A DNA stretch of 64,000 bases from the IMG/VR virus record IMGVR_UViG_3300022555_000044. One strand, written 5' to 3'. A program made the position numbers and the translations under genes. The DNA comes from an uncultured virus (IMG/VR IMGVR_UViG_3300022555_000044) (lineage: Duplodnaviria > Heunggongvirae > Uroviricota > Caudoviricetes). Below the pieces are notes generated by a model. The model did no database searches. It saw only the letters and a program-made list of their open reading frames with translations, and was not told where the DNA came from. Below, piece by piece: positions 40,220 to 49,728 of the stretch (position 1 is its first letter; each line of letters begins with the position of its first letter).

Positions 40220-40633
40220 TTATGCCTGAATCCCGCATTGCTGCCATGGAAAATACACTCTATCTTCTGGTATTTCAACATGAAACGTAGGCATAAATTT
40301 AGATCCTTTATCTACAAAAATAGATGCAGTAGCAAATGTAGATTTTGTTTCTTCTTCAATTTCTTTAAAAGAATTTCCAGTTGCAACAACATTAGATACA
40401 ACTAAAACCGATTGGTTTGAGTCTGTGAATCCAACTAACAATGAAAGAATATTAATATCAGTAATGATGGGTACATTTAAACGATGACTCAAATGAACAG
40501 CAACAATCATATCATCTGGATCCATACCAACAATATATTTATACTTGTTGGTTTTTTGAACAGTATTAATCTTATCCGCTAATTTATCAATATAAGAATG
40601 ATACTGATTCCAGTCTAATTGCTTAATGTTCAT
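40220..40633 (-). CDS. Degenerate phosphoribosyltransferase-fold protein
   Basis: VLVVSNVVATGNS replaces the DD loop; VYFPWQ C-terminus. Confidence 0.6.
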   Translation of the reverse strand: MNIKQLDWNQYHSYIDKLADKINTVQKTNKYKYIVGMDPDDMIVAVHLSHRLNVPIITDINILSLLVGFTDSNQSVLVVSNVVATGNSFKEIEEETKSTFATASIFVDKGSKFMPTFHVEIPEDRVYFPWQQCGIQA

Positions 40634-40645
40634 TTGAATTACTCC

Positions 40646-42049
40646 TTAAAATTTAATTACCGAATTCTCACTCATCCCAGAAATATCATCGTTTGACATA
40701 AATTTATGAATTAAATGTCTATTATAATCTCTATCCATCTTTGTTAAAACTTCTAGAGATTTAGCAATACTAGCAATTTTTGCTTTTTGCTTTCTAGTAT
40801 TCTTTCCTTGGTTAAATTTCTTCGCTAATTCATAACATTTCTCATCGAACTCTTCTTGTTTATTTTGTTCATAGAGAGGATAAATCTCTTCTACAAATTT
40901 TTCACACATTGATTCTAGATGACGATATGACCGAAGCATATACAAGATTAAATACATATGAATACTTCTAGAGAATGTATTGTTATCATAAATAGGATCT
41001 GCTTGTAGGGTTAATGTTTTGAAATTATAATGAGTTGCAATATCATTAAGTAATTGATATACTTTATCTTCTCGAGTCATCATATTTTCAAATCGAAGAT
41101 GCAAACCATTACTTCTGATATCCATCTTGGTTAGATTTCCATCATCCTTAAATACAGGAACAAATCTGCCAATTGCAAGTGCTTTAAAAATAGCGCTCGA
41201 ATCATAAGTAATATTGACTTTAATACCATGAACCTTCTGAATATGATATGAAAATAGTTTATGATAAAATACATCAATATAATTAGCTCCGCCAAGAACA
41301 TGGAAATTAAAACTGGTCATATTTTTTGATATGGCATATTTTAGAATTTCTGATAGTGGAATTGAGTAAATAATTACTGGGATTGTCAGATCAGTTGACA
41401 TGTTTGCAACAAGACCACCAGTTGCAAAATTCTTAAAACCATCTGCAAGATGCTCTTCCCACAAGAATTTACTCCATGAATCATACAATGATGGTGTTCT
41501 AAAATGATGAATATAAATCATCTTATCTTTAACTTCTTGCGGCAGGGAGGCAGATGCCTGATAAGATAATCTATTTAGATTTTCAATCTGACTATAGGAT
41601 TCAAACACAGAACTTGATGGTCCCGGCGGCAAATCTAAACTAAATGCGTAACTAAACTTTTGATGATTCTCTCGAAGAAAATTATGATACTTTTCAATGA
41701 ATGATGGCATATCTTTAGGTTCGACAGCACCCATAGCGACCTGGAATCCTCCACTATCGATATACAATTTAGTATCGTTCATCAAAGGACGACTAATAAT
41801 TTTATCAATTACATTAACAATTTTCTGAACATGTTTTGACGACATTTTCTTTGTTTTATAAGATAAACCTGTGCCAAAACTATACAGATATCTATCTATA
41901 TTATGATGTAAAAAATTGTTAATTTTAGCATCATCAAAGTAGGCACCTTTGTTATATTTATCTATAAAACTACCCAGAAGAGAAACAAAACAATCACTTC
42001 CAGCTACAACATAATTACCAGCATCACAGTTCCAAGTATCATTATTCAT
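40646..42049 (-). CDS. dpdA: tRNA-guanine transglycosylase-fold protein, DpdA-like
   Basis: YIDSGGFQ, LDLP, FHVLG, TYDSS motifs; lies in replication operon; queE and queC in the same window. Confidence 0.7.
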   Translation of the reverse strand: MNNDTWNCDAGNYVVAGSDCFVSLLGSFIDKYNKGAYFDDAKINNFLHHNIDRYLYSFGTGLSYKTKKMSSKHVQKIVNVIDKIISRPLMNDTKLYIDSGGFQVAMGAVEPKDMPSFIEKYHNFLRENHQKFSYAFSLDLPPGPSSSVFESYSQIENLNRLSYQASASLPQEVKDKMIYIHHFRTPSLYDSWSKFLWEEHLADGFKNFATGGLVANMSTDLTIPVIIYSIPLSEILKYAISKNMTSFNFHVLGGANYIDVFYHKLFSYHIQKVHGIKVNITYDSSAIFKALAIGRFVPVFKDDGNLTKMDIRSNGLHLRFENMMTREDKVYQLLNDIATHYNFKTLTLQADPIYDNNTFSRSIHMYLILYMLRSYRHLESMCEKFVEEIYPLYEQNKQEEFDEKCYELAKKFNQGKNTRKQKAKIASIAKSLEVLTKMDRDYNRHLIHKFMSNDDISGMSENSVIKF

Positions 42050-42791
42050 TTGATTGTTCCTTTACTAAAATTTTAAACTGATCTATAATATTGCTTTGAT
42101 TCTCTTCCCACTCTTTTTCTGATACTCTAAAGATTTTAAGATTTAATCTGCGGTAATCTTTATCTTTTTGCTGATCATGATTTTTAAAACATGGTCGTTC
42201 ATGCCATGGTTCATCTAGTTCAATAACTAAATTTAATTCAGCAATATATCCATCTGGAAAATATCCAATAATTCTTGAATCATTATTAATATGGTATTTT
42301 GTGTATTTTTGAAGTTCTGATATAAAATTTTTTTCATTTCTGCCCTTTGTCGGAGAAAAAACCTGTCCATCTTTTAAACCAGATTCAATATAACTAATCA
42401 TTTGTTCTCTTGCGAATTGTCTAAACTCAAATGTTTTAGAATAATTATCAACACCATAATTTTCTAAACATGATTGTTTTGATTTTTCCTTAACCTCTTT
42501 TGATCCCATTGGCCATTCTGTACCATAATTTTTTAAACATGTTTGTTTTTGTTTTTTTAAAACTTCTTTAGATTGACTTGGGTGTTCAACCCCATAATTT
42601 TTTAAACATGTTTGTTTCTTTTTTTCTTTAATCTCAGTAGATTGATTTGAACTTTTATAACCGTATTTTTTAAAACAAGTATGTTCTCTTTTTTCTTTAC
42701 TTTCTAAAGTTTTAACGTTGTGTCCATGCAGATATCTATTCTTTTCATTAATCACTTCTTTACCACACCCGCATGAACACAACTTATTCAT
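42042..42791 (-). CDS. Free-standing putative homing endonuclease (CxCGCG, repeats, Vsr/DUF559-like)
   Basis: CSCGCGKEV...YLHGH; YFPDGYIAELNLVIELDEPWH. Confidence 0.75.
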   Translation of the reverse strand: MNKLCSCGCGKEVINEKNRYLHGHNVKTLESKEKREHTCFKKYGYKSSNQSTEIKEKKKQTCLKNYGVEHPSQSKEVLKKQKQTCLKNYGTEWPMGSKEVKEKSKQSCLENYGVDNYSKTFEFRQFAREQMISYIESGLKDGQVFSPTKGRNEKNFISELQKYTKYHINNDSRIIGYFPDGYIAELNLVIELDEPWHERPCFKNHDQQKDKDYRRLNLKIFRVSEKEWEENQSNIIDQFKILVKEQSNE

Positions 42792-42793
42792 AA

Positions 42794-43576
42794 TTAGATA
42801 TTTGTAACTTTAACTTGAGTATAAATTGTGATCGGTACTCCATAGAATGATTGATCAAACTTACACAGAGCAACATCTTGAGCAACATGATAACAATTCA
42901 ATTTAAGATCAGATGCCATATCAAGTACAAATGGCAATGCGAGCATCTTAAACTGTCTATTACCAACATCACGATTCATCGTAATGCCTTTTGCTACATT
43001 AGAAGAATCTTCATGATTAGTAGTAGATACCAACAATGATGCAGATGGCTGGTCATCAACAGAAGTCATCTGGCAAATAATTACATCCGTCTGAAAACCC
43101 AATGCGATATTTGAAATTCTCTTCTTCATATAGTTATTAACCATATACGAGAAGATCAAATTATCTTCAGAAAGGCGAATCATTTGAGTGAAATTTTCAT
43201 CAGGAATAAACTGATTATCAATATATCGCTGAATGGGTTTGCGGAAAATCATTCGAGAGAAAGGATCAAATACTTCATAATTACTTTCATTAGATTCAAT
43301 TGATACTGTCTTATCTTCGACTTGAATATTATCATCCAATTCGAATGTTTTTAAAAGTGCAACCTTGTTCTTAATTAAACTAAAAGATAGATTATTCGTC
43401 TGTAAAATAGAATTCAAATCCATTTGAATAATAGCTTGGCGATCATTTGTCCGACACCGAAATGTTCCATTTTGAATATCACAGTCGGTACACGAATTTT
43501 CAAAAATCTTTAACAGGTTAAGAAGTTTAGAAAAGTCGTCTCTTGAAATATTGATCTGATAAGTATTTTCACTCAT
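42794..43576 (-). CDS. Probable sliding clamp (gp45/PCNA-like)
   Basis: 260 aa, acidic, alternating alpha/beta pattern; near clamp loader and primase; no diagnostic motif. Confidence 0.5.
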   Translation of the reverse strand: MSENTYQINISRDDFSKLLNLLKIFENSCTDCDIQNGTFRCRTNDRQAIIQMDLNSILQTNNLSFSLIKNKVALLKTFELDDNIQVEDKTVSIESNESNYEVFDPFSRMIFRKPIQRYIDNQFIPDENFTQMIRLSEDNLIFSYMVNNYMKKRISNIALGFQTDVIICQMTSVDDQPSASLLVSTTNHEDSSNVAKGITMNRDVGNRQFKMLALPFVLDMASDLKLNCYHVAQDVALCKFDQSFYGVPITIYTQVKVTNI

Positions 43577-43607
43577 GTCTTGTAACCTTTCTTCATCAAT
43601 GAATCAT

Positions 43608-43967
43608 TTAGTCTTTGGTAAATTTGATAACATCGAGATATATAAAATCTCCCTTTTTCACAATATGAATCTTGTCTATGAAAATAAGTGTTTTCTCAAC
43701 ATTCTTAATTAACTCAACAAGTCTATCAATATTATGAACTTTTCCGCCAACATTTTCCTTTAATGCAAAAATCATTCGAATACATTTTTTACTATCAAAC
43801 TCAGATTTAACAAAACTCCAAAAGGAATCAACATGAAAAATAAATTGACCCTTCTTTTCACACAATGCAGTAATAGTTTCAATTTTTTCATTCTCAGGAA
43901 CAATTTGGCCATTCGTAACAACCTCATTATACAAACGAGAAATTGCTTTGGGTTGTGAAATAGCCAT
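43608..43967 (-). CDS. Hypothetical protein
   Basis: RBS AAGGA; upstream motif at 44002-44011. Confidence 0.55.
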   Translation of the reverse strand: MAISQPKAISRLYNEVVTNGQIVPENEKIETITALCEKKGQFIFHVDSFWSFVKSEFDSKKCIRMIFALKENVGGKVHNIDRLVELIKNVEKTLIFIDKIHIVKKGDFIYLDVIKFTKD

Positions 43968-44034
43968 AAAATAAATCCTTGTAAAATAAACGATTAAATT
44001 TTATTTTATTCCACTAATATTAATCTCAATCTAT

Positions 44035-45021
44035 TTATAAAATTTGAACAGGATAAATCGGAAATGTTCCAAAATCCTTCCCATGTTTATTGATATATAT
44101 TTTACAATCTTTAATTACATGATCATTCTCTTTTAAGAAATAACGATAGTCTTTTTTAAATTTATCGTTATCACCCAAAATCACAACAGATACTTTGAAA
44201 ATATTATGGTCAAAACAAACAGACTTTAATAATGATCCATACGAATAAGTATTACCACTAGCGAATACTCTGGCCTTATCTTTTAGTTTAAGAGTATCTG
44301 TAAAATATTCGCCCAAAACATTGAAATTTCCTTCAGATAATACAACTAAATTTCTATTTGGATCATCTACTTTTATCGACCAATAATCTAAAAGTCCAAA
44401 AGTTTCATTTTGTAAAACAACCTTTTTGAATTTAAAATTAGATGTCTCATCACAATTTCTACAATATAGTGTTGTGTTGTGTTCTGATAAAAACCCAACG
44501 AAATTCTTCTGAAGCATATCAGCTTCTTGATTCGTTATAATATTTTTCTCTCCCACAACATCTAATCTATTCAATTGAAAGAACTCAAGAAAATTAAAAA
44601 TCAATCCAGGAACATTTTGACCATCTGTCAAATTATTCGTTCTTTTTCTCATATAGAGATGTTTATTTTTAAAAGATTCAATATCTAATCGAGGTAATTT
44701 ATATTCTTCAAATCTCTTTTTCGATGAAATTTTCTTTTGAGATTTTTGATTTTGTTGTAATTCTTCATCCGTAATTACTGTCTGATACTTAGTTTTATCA
44801 CCGGTTAAATCACTTATAAGTTTACTAATTGGAACAGAGTGACCACAATACCAGCAATGACACACTGGAATTTTCTCATTTTTCGAAACGTATAGATGAC
44901 CTCTTTTTTTAGGATCTTTGTGATCACCGCAATAGCAACAACTACACTGAAAATTTTTGGGTTTGTCTTTTACAAGAACTTTAGATTGGATAAGAATTTC
45001 TTTTAGGTTTTCTAAGTTCAT
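44035..45021 (-). CDS. gp61: DNA primase, T4 gp61-like
   Basis: Zn domain CCYCGD...HCWYCG; TOPRIM motifs LSEG and GDND. Confidence 0.8.
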   Translation of the reverse strand: MNLENLKEILIQSKVLVKDKPKNFQCSCCYCGDHKDPKKRGHLYVSKNEKIPVCHCWYCGHSVPISKLISDLTGDKTKYQTVITDEELQQNQKSQKKISSKKRFEEYKLPRLDIESFKNKHLYMRKRTNNLTDGQNVPGLIFNFLEFFQLNRLDVVGEKNIITNQEADMLQKNFVGFLSEHNTTLYCRNCDETSNFKFKKVVLQNETFGLLDYWSIKVDDPNRNLVVLSEGNFNVLGEYFTDTLKLKDKARVFASGNTYSYGSLLKSVCFDHNIFKVSVVILGDNDKFKKDYRYFLKENDHVIKDCKIYINKHGKDFGTFPIYPVQIL

Positions 45022-45032
45022 TGAATAACCTA

Positions 45033-46028
45033 TTAATTTGCTTTCTTAAACATACTAAAGAAAGTCATTCCAGCTTGTACAATATCATAAATCAAAGCCA
45101 TAAAGTGTGCGGATGGTACAGCACATGAACTATGATTATTCTGATACTGATTTACTTTAATCTTTGCCCATGCTGGGAGTGTAGGATGAAAGAATAACGT
45201 TTGATAAATCTGTCTATAATCAGGTTCACCCTCTTTAGAAATCAACTCAAGAATTTGAGGTACATTTTGATTTAATGTTGCTTCTTTCTTGGGTGTGGAG
45301 ATATCATCACAGATTTGAATAACTAAACCACAGATCTTCTTTTCATTACTAGTAATTGACGCAACATCAACTTTCTTCAATTTCTTTCCATCAACACTCT
45401 TTTGAAGAGTATTCACTACTTTTCGAACATCAGGAATAAAATTTTGAACAATCAATTCAACTGAGTTAATATCGTAATCAATACCCTCAGCTTTTAAAAT
45501 TTTAACTGCATAATCCATTACAAATTCTTTAGATAGAGTCTTCATTTCATAAACAGTAAAACGAGAAATTAATGGATCCATCACTTTACTCAGATAATTT
45601 CCGGTTACAATAAACCGACCATTATCTGCATAAGCTTCCATCATATTTCTTAGTACTGCTTGTGCATTTTGAGTTGTATAATCAAATTCATCAATATAAA
45701 CAATCTTTAGTTTACTCTGATATGGGGGTGACTTTAAGAATCCTTGAACTGTTGTTCTCATATTCTCAACACCAGTACTATCAGATCCATTCATCATCAA
45801 ACAATCCATATCATTCTTAATCAATGTTTCAACAACAATTCTTGCTAGTGTAGTCTTTCCTGATCCTGGTGGACCAAAGAATGCCAGATGAGGAATTTCT
45901 CCTTTTTCTAAGCAACGAGTAATAAATTGCTTCTGATCTTCACCAAGAACTACATCATTAACAGTTCTTGGACGGAACTTTTCGACCCACAATTGATTCA
46001 ATAAAGTATCATTAGTTTCAAATAACAT
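45033..46028 (-). CDS. gp44: Clamp loader AAA+ subunit, gp44/RFC-like
   Basis: WVEKFRP, GPPGSGKTT, IDEFD, AQAVLRNMME, PLISRF. Confidence 0.93.
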   Translation of the reverse strand: MLFETNDTLLNQLWVEKFRPRTVNDVVLGEDQKQFITRCLEKGEIPHLAFFGPPGSGKTTLARIVVETLIKNDMDCLMMNGSDSTGVENMRTTVQGFLKSPPYQSKLKIVYIDEFDYTTQNAQAVLRNMMEAYADNGRFIVTGNYLSKVMDPLISRFTVYEMKTLSKEFVMDYAVKILKAEGIDYDINSVELIVQNFIPDVRKVVNTLQKSVDGKKLKKVDVASITSNEKKICGLVIQICDDISTPKKEATLNQNVPQILELISKEGEPDYRQIYQTLFFHPTLPAWAKIKVNQYQNNHSSCAVPSAHFMALIYDIVQAGMTFFSMFKKAN

Positions 46029-46079
46029 ATAGAAAACTCCTTTAGTATTTATTCCAAATATACAAAATCAGATCATTAA

Positions 46080-46562
46080 TTATACTTTAGATTCTTTTCT
46101 TTTCTGATATCTATCTTCCATTTTTTGAGCGATTGCGGTATTCATTGGTTCAATTGCTAAATCAGCACCGACACCAATTGCCATCGGTTTCCATATCTGT
46201 TTTCCAATTTTTTTTAATTTATTTCCTACACCACTTGATTTTGCAGCTTTTACTAATCCGGCTCTAGAATCTTTATGAGCCATTAATTCTGCCGCAGTAA
46301 CACCAGCACCAGTAACTATTCCCAATGCAGCCATTCGCCGCATCATTCTCTTTCTGCGAGCAATTTCTTCTGGGGATTTCGGTTCGATATGACTGTGACT
46401 TTCATTTAGAGCAATCGCCCCACAAACAATATCATATTTAGTTGTACACTCAGAATGTATGTGTAAAGCAGCTAAATACTTCTTTACATCACCTTTAGTA
46501 CAACCAACTTTTTTTCCAGTATCCTTTTTATAGATACATTTTCCTCGAACTGTATAAGGCAT
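46080..46562 (-). CDS. Hypothetical basic protein with hydrophobic segments
   Basis: Strong RBS AGGAGG; upstream motif at 46583-46592. Confidence 0.6.
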   Translation of the reverse strand: MPYTVRGKCIYKKDTGKKVGCTKGDVKKYLAALHIHSECTTKYDIVCGAIALNESHSHIEPKSPEEIARRKRMMRRMAALGIVTGAGVTAAELMAHKDSRAGLVKAAKSSGVGNKLKKIGKQIWKPMAIGVGADLAIEPMNTAIAQKMEDRYQKRKESKV

Positions 46563-46609
46563 AATAATCCTCCTAAAATTTTTAATTTGTTCCCTATCAA
46601 ATTAATTTC

Positions 46610-47218
46610 TCATTTGAACTGAACGATATCATATGATCCAGTTACACAGTACCTGTATTTCAAAATAAATCGAAATAATTCTAACGTAATAACAGTATCT
46701 TGTAAATTGTATCCATACAATTCTGATAATTTTCCTTCTTTAAATAATATCGGGGCCATAGCGCCATCACCAGATTTAGTATGATTCAATGTTGCTCCAG
46801 TAATATCCTTCAATCCAAAAACTCCTTTTTGATGCTTTTTAGCTTGCATCTTCTTTAGAATTTCTGGATAATTATTTCTATCCATTTGAAATATTCTTCT
46901 AAATACTTCAACGTAAATATCAATATTCTTCCAGCTGTATTTACTATTTTTTGTTGTTCCATCTAATTCAATAACTCTATCATTACCGAGTAAAAGTCTA
47001 GAGTCGAACATCATCCCATTAAAAGAAACTACACTTTTACCATTCAAGTAAGCGCATAGTTTTTCTCTAGAATTATGATCCCAGAAATTATAATTATCAG
47101 TTTTAGAATCATATGTTACGCATGATGACATTTCCATTCCATAAACATTGCTCCAACCACCAGGAATATCATCAGCCAATTTTTGAGTTTCACAATCGTA
47201 TACTATAAAGTCATTCAT
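46610..47218 (-). CDS. DEDD/RNase H-fold 3'-5' exonuclease (YprB-like)
   Basis: VYDCET, SFNGMMFD, YNLQD. Confidence 0.8.
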   Translation of the reverse strand: MNDFIVYDCETQKLADDIPGGWSNVYGMEMSSCVTYDSKTDNYNFWDHNSREKLCAYLNGKSVVSFNGMMFDSRLLLGNDRVIELDGTTKNSKYSWKNIDIYVEVFRRIFQMDRNNYPEILKKMQAKKHQKGVFGLKDITGATLNHTKSGDGAMAPILFKEGKLSELYGYNLQDTVITLELFRFILKYRYCVTGSYDIVQFK

Positions 47219-48195
47219 GTTTCTAAAAACTCCACTTTTGTTCTGAATTCATTAATATTTCTTGCACCAACATAACTTAATGAAGATTGTAATCCTTCTT
47301 TAATTTCCTTCAAAATATATTTAACATGACCTTTAAATGGAATCGTTTGAACTCTACCTTCCACGAATCTGTTTTCACCTTTATTTTGGGCACTAGAAGA
47401 ACCACCATACATTTTATAGTATGTCCTATTAACTAAATCAGTGCTGTCATCAGGATAAACTTCTCCTGGTGTTTCTGTTGTTCCGGCAAGAACAGCGCCG
47501 ACCATCACAGCATCTGCACCGGCAGCAATAGCTTTTGCAATATCACCCACTGTTTTAACTCCACCATCTGCGATTAAAGGAATTTCAGATTGATGATTTT
47601 TAATTTGTTTAATTGCATAAAGTTGCGGAACCCCAATACCGGTGTTTTTTCTTGTTGTACAAGCAAAACCGGGACCAATACCTACTTTAATTATGTTAGC
47701 TCCACATTTATATAAATCTGATGCACCTTCTGCAGTAGCGACATTTCCTGCTATGATAATTACTTTATTAGAATTATAGTTTCTTAAAAATTCAATCATC
47801 TTAAATACGTTTATATTATGACCATGAGCAACATCAATACAAATAATTTTTGCACCAAGATCTAATAATTTTTTAGCTCGATCATATTCTAATTCTTTAA
47901 CACCCACAGTAACACCAAAATTAGTTTCAACTTGTGTGGCGATCGTTGAATAATCTTCAATATTTTCTTCGATTGTTGAAAATCTATGAAGAATTCCCAT
48001 TCCGCCAGCTTTATACATAGCAAGTGCCATAGTTGGACCAGTAACGGTTTTCATATTAGCACTAATAATTGGTAATTTTAAAATAATACCACCAAGATTA
48101 GTTGTAATATCACATTCTTCTCTAGATTCAATGTCAGAGAATTGTGGAATAATTGAGTGAGAAGTATAATCTATGATAGACATTTGATACCTCAA
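47215..48195 (-). CDS. GMP reductase / IMP dehydrogenase family enzyme (no CBS domains)
   Basis: [46 protein letters not shown]; GuaC versus GuaB cannot be resolved by eye. Confidence 0.88.
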   Translation of the reverse strand: MRYQMSIIDYTSHSIIPQFSDIESREECDITTNLGGIILKLPIISANMKTVTGPTMALAMYKAGGMGILHRFSTIEENIEDYSTIATQVETNFGVTVGVKELEYDRAKKLLDLGAKIICIDVAHGHNINVFKMIEFLRNYNSNKVIIIAGNVATAEGASDLYKCGANIIKVGIGPGFACTTRKNTGIGVPQLYAIKQIKNHQSEIPLIADGGVKTVGDIAKAIAAGADAVMVGAVLAGTTETPGEVYPDDSTDLVNRTYYKMYGGSSSAQNKGENRFVEGRVQTIPFKGHVKYILKEIKEGLQSSLSYVGARNINEFRTKVEFLET

Positions 48196-48647
48196 TATTG
48201 TTTCTTTCCTAATTTAACAAGATAATCCAATGCTTCTTCTTCTGTTGTAAAAACAGTTCCTGCGCTTTCGAGGACAAACGCATGTCTATGAATATTATCT
48301 TCTTCCATAGCAACTACAACGTTTTTATGATTAAAACTAGCCCAGGCCAATTCATATAAGCTTCCGATTGAAACAATTTTGGTTCCTACAAATGAAGCAT
48401 ATACAACATCAGCAAGCATTACCATACTTTTATCTCTATTAAATATACTGTGATTACACGTTAGAGGATGTCGACAATCAGTTGCCTTAAAAATTATTTC
48501 TGTTCTTAAAAAATTTTTGGCAATCATTGGATGCAGTACATCATAGTTTGCATCTGATAAAATTTTAGTTGTTTTTTGGTAATAATCAAAAACCGATTGA
48601 CTTGTTTGCCCAGAAATGGGATGTACACAATAAATGCGAAGGTTCAT
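48192..48647 (-). CDS. Nucleoside 2-deoxyribosyltransferase-like protein
   Basis: RDKSMVMLADVV...SIGSLYELAWA. Confidence 0.7.
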   Translation of the reverse strand: MNLRIYCVHPISGQTSQSVFDYYQKTTKILSDANYDVLHPMIAKNFLRTEIIFKATDCRHPLTCNHSIFNRDKSMVMLADVVYASFVGTKIVSIGSLYELAWASFNHKNVVVAMEEDNIHRHAFVLESAGTVFTTEEEALDYLVKLGKKQY

Positions 48648-49525
48648 ATTTTGATTCCTTTTTCTATCAACGATTTAAATTCATCATACTTTTTATCTAA
48701 TATCATAATATAATTATAACCAAGATCTTTTGTTACACGAATTTTAATATCGGTATTTTCTTGTATTGATAAGATATATGTTGATTTAACTTCCACTATT
48801 AAATTCAACGGAATAATATAAAAATCAGGAAAATAATAATGATCTTTACCATCTATTACATATTTAATCTTTTTTGGATTATATTCAATATCATCTTCTT
48901 TTAATAATTTATTAGTAAATATATAATTTAAAAATGATGGTTCTTCACCCAATAATGTAATTTCTTTATTACTAGGTAAAATATATTTTTTTCTTTGAAA
49001 TGATCCTTTTCTTTGTTTTTGTGAAATATAATCATTGTGCATTACATTTTCATAACCATATTTTTCTTTACATGTTTGATTTTTCTTATTTTTAAATTCT
49101 TGTGTTTGCGAGGGATGATTAGTACCATATCGAATTATACTTGTTTGAATTTTTTTATCTTGAAATTTTTTTATTTTACTTGGGTTGTCATAACCATATT
49201 TATCTTTACATGTTTTTCTTTTTTTAATTTGAACTTCTAATGATTGCTGTGGATATTCTAATCCATATTTTTTTATACTTGTTTGTCTAATTTTTTCCAT
49301 TCTGGATGGATTATTATATGTACATTTTTTTGAACAATGTTCTAGATAGTTCCATTTAGAAAAACTAGTTTCTTTTCCACAAACTATACATTCTCCTTCA
49401 TTTTCTTTTTTTAAAAATTTATCATAATATTGTTTTAATGTAATATTTTCACGATGATATCTAAGATGTTGTGATAATACTCGTTTAGATTTACACTCTT
49501 TTTGACACAGTTGACATATCATCAT
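48644..49525 (-). CDS. Free-standing putative homing endonuclease (C2H2, repeats, TnsA-like PD-(D/E)XK nuclease)
   Basis: CQLC...HLRYH; YG repeats; HYYFPDFYIIPLNLIVEVKS. Confidence 0.75.
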   Translation of the reverse strand: MMICQLCQKECKSKRVLSQHLRYHRENITLKQYYDKFLKKENEGECIVCGKETSFSKWNYLEHCSKKCTYNNPSRMEKIRQTSIKKYGLEYPQQSLEVQIKKRKTCKDKYGYDNPSKIKKFQDKKIQTSIIRYGTNHPSQTQEFKNKKNQTCKEKYGYENVMHNDYISQKQRKGSFQRKKYILPSNKEITLLGEEPSFLNYIFTNKLLKEDDIEYNPKKIKYVIDGKDHYYFPDFYIIPLNLIVEVKSTYILSIQENTDIKIRVTKDLGYNYIMILDKKYDEFKSLIEKGIKI

Positions 49526-49526
49526 A

Positions 49527-49691
49527 TTAAAGTTCTTTTACAGGAATTTCTTTGCCGTGTTTTTTAAGCAAATCAATCACTGCTCGTTTAATTAATTCTT
49601 TTATACTCACATCACACTCATCGGCTAATTGATTTATAGATTCCTTCAATCGAGGATCTATCTCAAAAATGACCTGTTTTTTATTATTCAT
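49527..49691 (-). CDS. Small ribbon-helix-helix (CopG-like) protein, 54 aa, absent from ORF track
   Basis: MNNKKQVIFEIDPRLKESINQLADECDVSIKELIKRAVIDLLKKHGKEIPVKEL: beta strand then two helices. Confidence 0.65.
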   Translation of the reverse strand: MNNKKQVIFEIDPRLKESINQLADECDVSIKELIKRAVIDLLKKHGKEIPVKEL

Positions 49692-49728
49692 ATAATTTAT
49701 TCATATGATATATTATATCTTTCTATAA

